A DNA stretch of 64,000 nucleotides from an uncultured Gemmatimonadales bacterium (GTDB taxonomy: Bacteria; Gemmatimonadota; Gemmatimonadetes; Gemmatimonadales; GWC2-71-9): contig CAWGSK010000009.1 of assembly GCA_963825055.1 (NCBI GenBank), positions 32,001 through 96,000 on the forward strand, read 5' to 3'. Both the position numbers and the translations under genes were made by a program. Under the pieces are notes generated by a model. It was not told the DNA's origin and made no database searches. It saw nothing but the letters and a program-made list of their open reading frames with translations. Shown here piece after piece: positions 1 through 9,683 of the stretch (the first letter of the stretch is position 1; every line of letters starts with the position of its first letter).

Positions 1-250
1 GGCCCGGCTCCGGGTGCCGGCGGCGGATCGCGGCCCAGCTCTGCCGCAGCCCGGCGGAGGGGGGCCGTTCCTCGATCGACCGGATGTCGGGCAGCGCGTA
101 CTTCTCCTGGGACGTGTCCGCGGGACTGCCGTTGACGACGAGGTCGCAGCCGCCGCAGCGCCAGAAGGCGAACTGGTCGCGGTCGCCCTGCCGGTACGCC
201 GGGCGCCACGCGCGCGCGCCGCACACCTTGCATTGCAGGTCCGGGGTCAT
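1..250 (-). CDS. Partial CDS running off the window start; N-terminal Zn-ribbon, probably a class I SAM-dependent methyltransferase
   Basis: ATG at 250 overlaps the stop of the upstream permease (ATGA). Manual translation MTPDLQCKVCG...FWRCGGCDLVVNG...RRRHPEPG shows two CxxC motifs typical of glycan-cluster methyltransferases; the SAM motif would lie outside the window. Confidence 0.55.
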   Translation of the reverse strand, partial: MTPDLQCKVCGARAWRPAYRQGDRDQFAFWRCGGCDLVVNGSPADTSQEKYALPDIRSIEERPPSAGLRQSWAAIRRRHPEPG

Positions 251-1143
251 CGCCGGAGCCTCGGGTCCCAGCCCTCGCGCACGGCGTCCCCCACTAGATT
301 GAAACCGAGCACGGCGATGCCGATGGCAATGCCGGGCGCGAACGACACCCAGGGAGCCACGCGGAGCAGGTCGCGGCCGTCGGCCACCATCGCCCCCCAT
401 GAGGGCGTGGGCGGCTGCGCGCCCAGGCCGACGAACGACAGGGCCGCCTCCGCCATGATGGCGGCGGCCATGCCCAGCGTCGCCGCAACAATCACCTGCG
501 CCCGTACGTTGGGCAGCAGGTGGCGCCGGAGGATGACGCGGTCGGGCTGCCCCAGCGCACGGGCGGCCAGGACATACTCCGCGTCGCGCAGCACCAGGAC
601 CTGTGCCCGGACGAGCCGGGCCATGGCGGCCCAGCCCACCGCGCCGATGATCAGGAACACCACCGGCAGCGAGGGGCGGACCGCGGCGGCGACGGCGATC
701 AGCAGGAGCAGCGTCGGGAAGGCGAGGGTGATGTCGGCGAACCGCATCACCACCATATCCACCCAGCGTCCGTAGTAGCCCGCGATGAGGCCGAGCGTGA
801 CGCCCAGCGTGACGGCGACGGTCTGGGAGATGAGCCCCACGGCCAGCGAAATCCGGGCACCGTAGAGCACCCGGCTCAGGACGTCGCGTCCCTGGCTGTC
901 GGCGCCGAGGAGGTAGCCGCCGCCGGGCGGGTGGAGGTACGCGTTGCCGAGGTCACCCGAGTACGGGTCGTGCGGGGCGATCCAGGGCGCGAGCACCGCG
1001 GCGAGCACCACCAGCATGACGAGCACCACCCCGAGCTGGTAGAGCCAGTTGCCGCGGATGACGCGAAGGATCGGGTGGACCCGCCGGCGCGGCTCTGGCG
1101 CGGTCGGCGGCTGGTCAGCGGTCAGGAAGCGGCTCCTCATCAT
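247..1143 (-). CDS. Peptide/nickel ABC transporter permease, DppC/OppC type
   Basis: LLGADSQGRDVLSRVLYGARISL motif, EYVLAARALG (EAA loop), LSFVGLG..PPTPSWG. Confidence 0.92.
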   Translation of the reverse strand: MMRSRFLTADQPPTAPEPRRRVHPILRVIRGNWLYQLGVVLVMLVVLAAVLAPWIAPHDPYSGDLGNAYLHPPGGGYLLGADSQGRDVLSRVLYGARISLAVGLISQTVAVTLGVTLGLIAGYYGRWVDMVVMRFADITLAFPTLLLLIAVAAAVRPSLPVVFLIIGAVGWAAMARLVRAQVLVLRDAEYVLAARALGQPDRVILRRHLLPNVRAQVIVAATLGMAAAIMAEAALSFVGLGAQPPTPSWGAMVADGRDLLRVAPWVSFAPGIAIGIAVLGFNLVGDAVREGWDPRLRR

Positions 1144-1151
1144 CGCTCAGG

Positions 1152-1181
1152 TTGAACCCCGCGGGCGACGTGACGTAGAGT
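1152..1181 (+). promoter_or_regulatory. Putative sigma-70 promoter of the patatin gene
   Basis: TTGAAC-N18-TAGAGT, 27 nt upstream of the GTG start at 1209. Confidence 0.4.
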
Positions 1182-1208
1182 ATCGCAGGCGACAGACGGA
1201 GAGCAAGC

Positions 1209-2282
1209 GTGCCAATCACTCCCCCCTTTGCGCTGGTCCTGAGCGGCGGCGGCCTCAAGGGCCTCGCCCATATCGGGACGTTCCGCGCCCTCGAGGAATT
1301 CGGCCTGACCCCGGACGTCGTGGTCGGCACGAGCATGGGCGCGCTGATCGCCGCGGCGTGGGCCTCTGGCGTGAGCGTGGAGGAGATGGACGACCGCGCG
1401 CGGGGGGTGCGCCGGCGCGACGTGTTCCGGGTCGCCCATACCGACATGGCCTTCCGCCGCATGAAGGCGCCGGCCATCTACCGCCGGGAGCCGCTGGCGG
1501 AACTGATCCACAGCCTGGTGGGCGACCGCACGTTCAAGGACCTCGAGCGCAAGCTCATCGTCAACACCGTGGACCTGAACGCCGGGATGCAGGTGTTCTG
1601 GGGCTCGCCCGGGCTCCAGGACGTGCGCGTGGCCGACGCGGTCTTCGGGGCCTGCGCCCTCCCTGGCGTCTTCCCGCCGCAGGAGATCGGCGGCCGGCAT
1701 TTCGTGGACGGCGCCGTGGTGGACAACCTGCCCCTCCGGGCCGCCGCGGCCCTCAATCCCAATGCGATCGTGGCAGTCGACCTCGGCTCGTCGGGCGTTC
1801 TCCGCTCGGACGTGGAGGAAGCGGGGTTCGCGGCGACCTACGTGCGCGGGCTGGAGATCGTCATGCAGACCCTGGTCTCCAGCACGCTCGCGACCTGGAC
1901 CACCCCGCCCGTGCTGCTTGTCCGGCCCCGGGTGGAGCGGATCCCGATGTTCGCGTTCGACCAGACCGCCGACCTGCTGGATGAGGGGTATCGCGCGACC
2001 CGCGACCTGCTGAGCCGCTACGGCGAGGGCTTCGAGTTCCGGACCGGCGGCGTCTATCCGAAACGGACCGTGCACATCACCGTGGACGAGTCCCGCTGTA
2101 TCGGCTGCCGGAGCTGCGTGGCGCTGGCGCCGGACATCTTCCACATGGGCGCGGACGGCAAGGCGAAGGTCATCTCGCCCACCCAGACCTGGTCTCCCGT
2201 TGACGGCCGCTACATCTGGAACTGCCCCACCTACGCCATCAGCGCCCGCGGCGAGGACGGCGAGGCAGACCCGGGAGGGTGA
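1209..2282 (+). CDS. Patatin-like phospholipase fused to a C-terminal single-cluster ferredoxin domain
   Basis: GGGLKG oxyanion motif, GTSMG nucleophile, DGA catalytic Asp motif; C-terminal CIGCRSC...NCP Fe-S motif. Confidence 0.9.
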   Translation: MPITPPFALVLSGGGLKGLAHIGTFRALEEFGLTPDVVVGTSMGALIAAAWASGVSVEEMDDRARGVRRRDVFRVAHTDMAFRRMKAPAIYRREPLAELIHSLVGDRTFKDLERKLIVNTVDLNAGMQVFWGSPGLQDVRVADAVFGACALPGVFPPQEIGGRHFVDGAVVDNLPLRAAAALNPNAIVAVDLGSSGVLRSDVEEAGFAATYVRGLEIVMQTLVSSTLATWTTPPVLLVRPRVERIPMFAFDQTADLLDEGYRATRDLLSRYGEGFEFRTGGVYPKRTVHITVDESRCIGCRSCVALAPDIFHMGADGKAKVISPTQTWSPVDGRYIWNCPTYAISARGEDGEADPGG

Positions 2283-2286
2283 GGCC

Positions 2287-3469
2287 TCATCCTGCTGCGG
2301 GCTGCCCGACGGCGAACTCATGGGCGATCGCGGCGACATCGCGCGCCACGCGCTCCCAGTTGTAGAACTCCTCGACCGCGCGACGCCCACCCTGCCCCAG
2401 GTCGCGTGCCCGCCCCGGATCGGCAAGGAGGTCGCGGACGGCCGCCGCCACGGCAGCCGGCCGTTCCGGATCCACCAGCAGGCCGGTCTCGTCCTGGCGC
2501 ACGGCGTCGGGAATCCCGCCACTCAGCCCCCCGATGACCGGGACGCCGGAGGCAGACGCCTCCACCAGCGAAATACCGAAGCCTTCGACCATCGGCCCCA
2601 CCCGGCGGGAAACCCCGAGATACAGTGAGGCAGTGTTGTAGAGGGCCGGCAGGTCGCCGTCCGGGACCGCCCCGAGGAACCGCACCCGGTCTCCGACTCC
2701 CGCGTTCCGCGCCAGCTGCTCCAGCGCTCCGCGTCGCGGGCCTCCTCCGGCGACGGCATAGGCCAGGCCGGGCAGCTCGTCCTTCAGGATGGCGAGCGCC
2801 TCGATCACCGTGTCCACGCCCTTGTGGTCAACCAGCCGGGCAACGGTCAGCATCCAGCGGAGCCCCGGGTCGAGCCCGTAGCGTGCCCTGACCTCGTCCG
2901 TCGGCAATCCGGGCCGGAAGAGCGCCGGGCTGGTCCCGAGTGGCACGACGCGAACCGCCACCGGCCACGCCCGACTGGCGAAGTACCTCCCGGGTCAGTT
3001 CACCGGTGAAAGTGCTGTTGGCAAGGACGACCGACGCGCCGCCGAACAGGGACCTGGCCACCCGCCGCTTCCTGGCGGAGCGGCGCACCTGCTCCAGCAC
3101 ACGGTACATGTCGAGCCCGTGCACGATGATGCCGTAGGGGACCCCGTAGCGGAGCTCGACCCAGCGGGCAGGATACGCGGCCGGCTTGAAGTTCCCACAC
3201 CACACGAACCCGACCCCCAGGCTGCGGACCAGGGTGCCGGCCTGCCGTGACCACCGGACGAGCCCCGGAAGTGTGCGGAGGCGTTTCGCTCCCGTCGCAA
3301 GACGGTGGACACGCCCCGGCAGCGTCTCGTCGAACGCCTCACTCCCCTGCTGCGTCCCCGTGGAGACGTGCAGCCCGTTCGCCGGGTACGCCCGCGCCAG
3401 CTCCGCCATGTAGCGGGCCAGGCCGCCGCCGATGGGCGGGAAGTCGTAGGTGAGGAGGAGGTGGGGCAT
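2287..3469 (-). pseudogene. GT4 glycosyltransferase (PimB-like), interrupted by one apparent +1 frameshift near 2960-2965 (possible assembly error)
   Basis: N-half (MPHLLLTYDFPPIGGG) is in ORF 2828..3469; C-half (LTVARLVDHKG, EGFGISLVEA) is in ORF 2287..2961. Confidence 0.8.
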
Positions 3470-3473
3470 GGGG

Positions 3474-3555
3474 CCGTGAACGGTGAACGGTGAACGGTGA
3501 ACGGTGAACGGTGAACGGTGAACGGTGAACGGTGAACGGTGAACGGTGAACGGTG
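3474..3555. repeat. Heptamer tandem repeat (CGGTGAA)n, about 11.5 copies
   Basis: Ten perfect units 3481-3550 plus partial/variant flanking units. Confidence 0.97.
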
Positions 3556-3600
3556 TCGCGAAGTTACTTCCCCAAGCACCTGATCACTAATCACCAGTGA

Positions 3601-3693
3601 TCACTCACCACTCACCACTCACCACTCGCTACTCGCTCTCGCTACTCACCACTCGCTACTCGCTACTCGCTACTCGCTATTCGCTATTCGCTC
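3601..3693. repeat. Degenerate heptamer array (CTCACCA / CTCGCTA / TTCGCTA)n
   Basis: Read directly; overlaps and supplies the last codons and stop of the GT ending at 3684. Confidence 0.93.
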
Positions 3694-4763
3694 ATCACTC
3701 CCTCATACACCCCCATCGTCCCCTCCACCGTCTTCTCCAGCGAAAAATCGTCCCGCGCCGTGTGCCGGGCCACCTCGCCGAGGCGCCGGGCGACATCGGG
3801 GTCGTCAAGCAGGTCCGTGATGGCGCTGGCCCACGCGGCCGGATCCCCGTGGCGGACGAGGCGCCCGTTCTCACCGTCCCGGATCACCTCGGGGTTGCTG
3901 GTCGTGTCCGAGGCGATCACCGGCAGGCCCAGGGCCATGGCTTCGAGCAACGCCTGGCTCAGGCCTTCCATCCGGGTGGGAAGCAGCGCGAGATCCAGCA
4001 GGTCGTAGAGCGGCCTGACGTCGGGATCGAACGGAAGGAAGACCACGTCGTGTCCAGGAATACGCCCGGCCAGTTCCCGGAGTCCGTCGTTTCCGCCCAC
4101 TCCTGCCAGCACCAGCCGGACAGGTTGCTGCACCAGTGCCAGGGCCCGCAGCACGACCGCGTGGTCCTTCGGGCGGCTGACGATTCCGAGCGTCGGGCGA
4201 TCCGCGCTCCAGCCGATGCGCTGGCGCCATTCCTCGCGCTCGACTTCCGACACGGGCCGGTCTATCCGGGCTGCCACCAGGCCGTTGTGCACGACCGCCA
4301 GCTTCCGTGCCGGCGTCCCCTTGCGGTGCAGCGCCCGGGCGACCGCGTGGCTCACGGCAATCATGCGCACGGCGGCGCGGCTTGCCAGCCAGTTCTCCAG
4401 CCAGAAGGTGAGGGGCATCTGGCGACGGGTGAACACCGCCGGACAGGGGAGCCGCCCGGTCAGCCCCAGCAGCGTCAGGGCCTGGCGGTCGCGTGCACTC
4501 TGGCTGTTGACCAGGTCGACCGGGGCGCGCTCCAGCAGCTCGCGGAGCAGGCCGGCATTCCGGCGGCGCTCGTGAGGCAGCAGGGGCAGCGCATGGACCT
4601 CGAGCCCCGCCTGCCGCGCCTCCGCCTCGACCGGGCTGGCGGGCGGACAGACGAACCTGACGTGCACCCCCCGCTTCGCGAGGCCGATGGAGAGGTGCAG
4701 GGTGGACGTTACCGAGCCGGCCCCGCCACCCTGGTGCAGCACCTGCATCACGGAGAGCGTCAT
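3684..4763 (-). CDS. GT4 family glycosyltransferase
   Basis: EGLSQALLEAMALGLPVIA motif; GT-B fold pattern. Confidence 0.9.
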   Translation of the reverse strand: MTLSVMQVLHQGGGAGSVTSTLHLSIGLAKRGVHVRFVCPPASPVEAEARQAGLEVHALPLLPHERRRNAGLLRELLERAPVDLVNSQSARDRQALTLLGLTGRLPCPAVFTRRQMPLTFWLENWLASRAAVRMIAVSHAVARALHRKGTPARKLAVVHNGLVAARIDRPVSEVEREEWRQRIGWSADRPTLGIVSRPKDHAVVLRALALVQQPVRLVLAGVGGNDGLRELAGRIPGHDVVFLPFDPDVRPLYDLLDLALLPTRMEGLSQALLEAMALGLPVIASDTTSNPEVIRDGENGRLVRHGDPAAWASAITDLLDDPDVARRLGEVARHTARDDFSLEKTVEGTMGVYEGVMSE

Positions 4764-5847
4764 CGTCCGGTCACCGTTTCCAGCACGGCGTCCCAGGCTG
4801 TGATGAGACGTTCCGGTGAAAACCGGTCGAGCGCGCGCGCGCGCGCGCGAGCACCAAGTTCCGCGCGCCGGGCGGGGGCCGCGAGGAGTGCGCGGATACT
4901 GCCCGCCAGTGCGGCGGGGTCGCGCGGCGGCACCAGCACCCCCGCGTCACCCACCACTTCGGGGACTCCCCCGCCCCGGGCCGCCACAATCGCCGCGCCA
5001 CAGCACATCGCTTCGGCAACGCTCAGGCCGAACGTCTCGACATCGCAGGCATGCACCATGAGGGTGGCAGCGGACCAGGCGCCCCGGAGCGCGCGCGGCG
5101 GCAGGAAGCCCGGCCACCGCACGTCCACGCCGAGTGCGGCGGCGCGCTCCACGAGCGCGCGGCGCTCGAGCCCGTCGCCACAGACGACGAGCGGTGGAGC
5201 CTCACCGCGGTTCGAGAGCGCGTCCAGCATCACGTCGTAACGTTTCTCGGGCATGAGCGCCCCGACGGCGAGCAGGAACGGCCCGTCGCCCAGCCCATGC
5301 GCCGACCGGAACGCCGCCGCGGCGGCGGGATCGGGATGGAACATCTCCGTATCCACCGCACTGCCGATGACACGCCACGGGACCCGGCGCATGAATGGGG
5401 CGCGCTCCAGCACCCGTCGCGCAACGTGCTCCGTCGTAAAGACGGTCATTCCCGTACGGCGGTAGGCGATGCGCACGGACGGATCGGACGGTGGACGGCG
5501 GCGGCTCACGTTATAGCGATAGACCAGCCGCAGTGGACTGGAGGAGCGACACGTACCCCGCCAGGCGCAGGTCACGCGGGCGGTCCACCACCAGCACCTC
5601 CGTACGATGCCGCCGGACCGCGCGGAGGCAGCGCCCACCACTCCCGCAGCCCCGTGTCGCGCATGGGCAGCACGTCCGCCTCCGCGCCCTGCGCGCGCAT
5701 CGACTCCGCCACGTCGTCCTCGCCGACGAAGAGGCGCGCCTCGTGCCCGCGTTCACGGAGTCCCAGCGCGATATGGGTCAGGCTGACAGTGGAGCCGCGC
5801 CAGGTGCGGGCAGAGGATACGAAGGCCACCCGGATGCCGTCGGGCAT
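4760..5847 (-). pseudogene. GT4 glycosyltransferase with two apparent +1 frameshifts (~5630 and ~5540)
   Basis: Three consecutive frames: MPDGIRVAFVSSARTWRGS (ORF 5572..6006), LRAVRRHRTEVLVVDRPRDLRLAGY (ORF 5511..5756), PLRLVYRYN...ETFGLSVAEAM (ORF 4760..5641). Clear paralogue of 6602..7717. Confidence 0.8.
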
Positions 5848-6605
5848 CAGTCGCGGCGGCCGAGGGCCCACAGATGCGCGTACTTGAGGAATGTCCCGTA
5901 GGCACCGAGGGACGAGGTTACGAGTCCGAAGGTCCCGTCGAGAATGTGGCCCTGGAGGAGCCAGGCGCGGAGGAACCGGCCGGTCGGGCGGCCGGCCAGG
6001 TCCCACAGGGACGCCCTGCGCCCCGCGTCATGAAGGTCGAGCGCGCCCCACCGGGCGTAGCGCTCCATTTTCTCCAGTTGATGGGCAAGATCGCGATAGG
6101 GCGAATGGAGCAGCGGCTGCTCGAGCCGGCCGGCGTTCTCCACGCGTTCCAGCCCCTCGTGTACCCGGCGCTCGACATAGCGCCGCTCGCGCGTGAAGAG
6201 CCGGGTGACCCAGTCGTGGCCCCAGCGGCCGCGAGTGAGTTCCCGTCCCAGGTAGAAATTCCGCCGGCGGACGCGGTACACCGGGTGTTGCGGGGCGGCG
6301 ACCGTGCGGGCCAGTTCCGCCGCGAGTTCCGGTGTGATCCGCTCGTCGGCGTCGAGGGCAAAGACCCACTCGGTCGGCGCGATCGCAATCGCGGCGTTCC
6401 GCTGCGCGGCGATGGTCGGCCCGACGTCTTCCAGCACCCGCGCTCCCGCCGAGCGCGCGAGCGCGGCCGTATCGTCGGCACTGCCCCGATCAACCACCAC
6501 CACCGCGTCGGCCCAGGCGCAATGGTGGACCGCCTCGGTGATCTGGTCGGCCTCATTCCAGGTCGGGATGACGATGGTGAGGGGAATAGAGCGTTGCGCC
6601 GTCAT
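5847..6605 (-). CDS. GT2 family glycosyltransferase (WaaE/KdtX-like LPS core beta-glucosyltransferase)
   Basis: MTAQRSIPLTIVIPTWNE start; AAQRNAAI, WVFALDADER (DxD), VHE motifs. Confidence 0.88.
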   Translation of the reverse strand: MTAQRSIPLTIVIPTWNEADQITEAVHHCAWADAVVVVDRGSADDTAALARSAGARVLEDVGPTIAAQRNAAIAIAPTEWVFALDADERITPELAAELARTVAAPQHPVYRVRRRNFYLGRELTRGRWGHDWVTRLFTRERRYVERRVHEGLERVENAGRLEQPLLHSPYRDLAHQLEKMERYARWGALDLHDAGRRASLWDLAGRPTGRFLRAWLLQGHILDGTFGLVTSSLGAYGTFLKYAHLWALGRRD

Positions 6606-7717
6606 TGCCGGTGTCCGCCGCCCGGTCCGGATCTCGCCCATGACGGAGTGCCAGGCGTTGATGACGGCCTCCAGGGAAAGAAGTTCCGCAGCCCGGTGTG
6701 GCCCGGCGACGGACAACCGCTTCCTCCGGTCCGGATCGGCAATCAGGGCCCGCAGCGCGCTCGCGAGGGCCGCGGCATCACCCGGGGGTACCAGGACACC
6801 CGCATCCCCCACGACCTCCGGAATCCCGCCACTGCCCACCGCGGCCACGGGTGTACCGCAACAGAGCGCCTCGGCCAAGCTCATGCCGTAGGTCTCGATG
6901 GCACAGGCATGCACGAGGAGCATAGCGGCATTATAGGCGCCGCGCAGCGACTCGGCATCCACCAGGCCAAGCCACCGGACCTGGACCCCAAGGCTCTGCG
7001 CGAGCCTCCGGAGCTCTTTCCTCCTGCATGCCGTTGCCGCAGACCACCAGAACGGGAACGTCCTTCCCGAGCGCGACCATGGCCTGGAGAATGAGGTCGT
7101 AACGCTTCTCCCGGCACCAGGGCACCCACCGCCAGGACGAAGGGCTGGTCGCCGAGGCTGTACCTGGTGCGGAAGGCACGGCCCGCCGCGTCGTCCCGGA
7201 AGAAGGCCTTCGTGTCCACTGCGGGACCGATGATGCGCCACGGCACTGCGGACATGAAGGGAGCCTTGGCGAACACCTGGCGGGCAAATCGGCGGGTAGT
7301 AAAGATCGTGAATTGCGAACGGCGGCAGGCCAGCCGGGTGGAAAGGTCCCGGGGCGGGTCCTTGCGACTCAGATTGAACTGATTGACCAGGTGGACCCGG
7401 GAAAACAGGCAGGCATAACCCGCGACCCGGAGGTCGCGGGGGCGGTCGGTCACGAGCACCTCAATCGCCGTGGAGTGCAGCAGCCGGCGGAGAGTCAGCA
7501 CTTCCCTGGGGCCCGTGTTGCGGACCGGCACGAGGTCAACCGCGATCCCTCGATCCCTCGCACGGGATGCCACGTCCGGCTCACTGACGAACATGCGTGC
7601 CTGGTGGCCCCGGGCATTCAGGCCGAGCACGACATGCGCCGTACTGACGGCGGAGCCGCGCCACGTGCCCGCCGAGGTCAGGAACGCGATGCGGAGCGGC
7701 GTGCTCCCATCCGCCAC
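6602..7717 (-). pseudogene. GT4 glycosyltransferase with at least two apparent +1 frameshifts (~7111, ~7022); a third near 6615 would restore a stop at 6602
   Basis: MADGSTPLRIAFLTSAGTWRGS...GALVP / EKRYDLILQAM...CGNGMQ / RKELRRLAQ...ETYGMSLAEALCCG lie in three frames and are collinear with the paralogue at 4760..5847. Confidence 0.78.
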
Positions 7718-7729
7718 AGGAGCTCCTGG

Positions 7730-8605
7730 TCAGACAAGCCGGTAGTTGCGGAACTCGAAGACACGGGCGCCGGTCAATTTCTCGATCACGTCCGACGCGT
7801 AGAACCGCAAGTGCTCCCACTGGAACTTCGGCGGCTCCACGTTGCGCTCCGGGTCATGCCGGCGCTCCTCCACCCAGCGCGTGGCGGCGGCAGGATGAGC
7901 GCCCGTGAAGCGGGTGAGCCCCGGAAACCACGGCAGCAGGGGTCGGCGGGCCTCGCTCTCCCGTGACCATGGATACAGCGTCCGGTTCACCTCCCGCTTC
8001 GCGCGGAGGGCGCGTGCAGGCCGGGCCCACCCATAGTGGAACATGGTCGCCTTCGTCAGCCGGGCCCGGATCTTCCGATGCTCCGGCCCGACGCGGAAAC
8101 CCTGCGCCCCCTGGTAGGGCCGGATATCGAGCGCGGGATCGAGCCGGACTGCCCGGACCTCGCGACGGTACCAGCGGCGGTTCACCGCAATGGTGTCGAG
8201 GTCGCCGTAGAAGTGCAGGTAGCGGACCAGCAGTCCCTCCACTTGCGCGTCAGTATCACTGGCCCGGATCGCGGCCATCAGCTCCACCGCGCCGTCTTCA
8301 TGCAACACCTCATCCGCCTGAATGTAGATCCCCCACGGATGACGGCAGGCCCGCATGGCGCGGAGCGTTTCATCGCCCAGCACCTTGTTCTTGATCGTCA
8401 TGTCCCACTCGGTCTCGATGATCCGGATCTTCGGGTCATCGATCGAGCGGACGAGTTCCAGGGTATCGTCCTCCGACTTTCCCACGTTCACCACCACCTC
8501 GTCGCACACCGGCAGGATCGACCGGATGCTCGCTTCCAGCGGGAAGTCGAGCTTGATCGCGTTCCGGACGATGGTGAAGCCAGATATGGGGAGCGGGGCG
8601 GTCAC
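7730..8605 (-). CDS. GT2-like glycosyltransferase
   Basis: ISGFTIVRNA..DFP, SEDDT, YIQADE (DxD-like), FHYGW motifs. Confidence 0.85.
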   Translation of the reverse strand: MTAPLPISGFTIVRNAIKLDFPLEASIRSILPVCDEVVVNVGKSEDDTLELVRSIDDPKIRIIETEWDMTIKNKVLGDETLRAMRACRHPWGIYIQADEVLHEDGAVELMAAIRASDTDAQVEGLLVRYLHFYGDLDTIAVNRRWYRREVRAVRLDPALDIRPYQGAQGFRVGPEHRKIRARLTKATMFHYGWARPARALRAKREVNRTLYPWSRESEARRPLLPWFPGLTRFTGAHPAAATRWVEERRHDPERNVEPPKFQWEHLRFYASDVIEKLTGARVFEFRNYRLV

Positions 8606-8606
8606 G

Positions 8607-8727
8607 TGGTTGAGTCGTTGAGTGGTTGAGTGGTTGAGTGGTTGAGTGGTGCTGGAGATTAGGGCCCTGCCGCCCGATTCTCAACTGGCCCCCTGGGCTG
8701 GTGACTCAACGATTCAACGACTCAACG
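8607..8727. repeat. Inverted octamer arrays (TGGTTGAG)~5 ... (ACTCAACG)3 in a divergent promoter region
   Basis: Left array 8607-8650; right array 8704-8727 is its approximate reverse complement. Confidence 0.88.
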
Positions 8728-8746
8728 TCCCCACTACCTTCCCCGC

Positions 8747-9679
8747 ATGCACATCACCCTCTTCTGGCACGACCGGCTGCCCGTGAAGGGCTACGGCGGA
8801 ACGCAGCGGGTCGTGGTATGGCTGGCGCGCGGGCTGGCCGAGCTGGGGCATGAGGTCTCGCTGATCGCCGGACCTGGCAGCCGGGTACCCGAAGCGAGAC
8901 TGGTGCCGGTGGAGGTGAAGACCATGCGGTCGGCGGGGTTCAACCCTGCCACGCACCTGCCGGCAGGCACCGACATCCTCCACTCGTTCGTGCCGATCTA
9001 CGAGCGGCTCGACCTGCCCTACGTCTGGACCCAGGAGGGCAACTTCCGGCCGGGCCGGACTCCCCCGCCCCGCACCATCTTCGTGAGCGCCAACCACGCG
9101 GAGCGGAATGGCAGCAGGGCGTTCGTCTACAACGGCATTGATCCCGACGAATTCACCTTCCGGGCCGGCAAGGACGACTACGACCTCTTCATCGGCCGCC
9201 TGCATCGGGAGAAGGGATACCAGCTCGCGATCGAGGCGGCGCGCCGGGCCGGCCGGCAGCTGGTGCTCGCGGGAGGCTGGCGCCCGACACTCAGGCGGGG
9301 AGCCCGATTCCTCGGCTCGGTGGACGGCGCGGAAAAGGCCGCGTGGCTGGCCGGCGCCCGCTGCCTATGGATGCCGGCCCAGTGGGACGAGCCCTTCGGC
9401 CTGACGCTGGCGGAGGCACTGATGAGCGGCACGCCGGTGCTCGGTACCCACCATGGCTCGCTGCCGGAGATCATCTCGCCGGACGTCGGCATCCTGGCAG
9501 ACACGGTGGATGGCCTCGTCGAGGCGGCGGGAGTGATCGATGCGCGTCGTAACCCGGAGGCCTGCCGGGCGCGGGCGGAACGCTGGTTCACCCATCGCGC
9601 GATGGCGGAAGAGTACGTCAGGTTCTACCGGGAGATGCTGGCGAGCGGAGGGCTGGCGGAGGGGAGGAGAGCGGAGTAG
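8747..9679 (+). CDS. GT4 family glycosyltransferase
   Basis: YGGTQRVV, FIGRLHREKG, WDEPFGLTLAEALMSGTPV motifs. Confidence 0.9.
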   Translation: MHITLFWHDRLPVKGYGGTQRVVVWLARGLAELGHEVSLIAGPGSRVPEARLVPVEVKTMRSAGFNPATHLPAGTDILHSFVPIYERLDLPYVWTQEGNFRPGRTPPPRTIFVSANHAERNGSRAFVYNGIDPDEFTFRAGKDDYDLFIGRLHREKGYQLAIEAARRAGRQLVLAGGWRPTLRRGARFLGSVDGAEKAAWLAGARCLWMPAQWDEPFGLTLAEALMSGTPVLGTHHGSLPEIISPDVGILADTVDGLVEAAGVIDARRNPEACRARAERWFTHRAMAEEYVRFYREMLASGGLAEGRRAE

Positions 9680-9683
9680 GGTG

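Noticed and set aside
2995..3594. ORFs with repetitive peptides ([22 protein letters not shown])
   Set aside because: These are translations of the intergenic tandem repeats, not credible proteins.
3474..3693. Possible CRISPR array (also considered at 9684-9860 and 20523-20586)
   Set aside because: Units are 7-8 bp and contiguous with no unique spacers; no cas genes in the window.
5847..7241. Apparent GT4-GT2 fusion protein (464-aa ORF)
   Set aside because: The N-terminus is out-of-frame junk from frameshifts. Removing one G near 6615 ends the GT4 at a TGA overlapping the GT2 ATG (ATGA), matching the other +1 errors and local operon style. Not fully excluded without reads.
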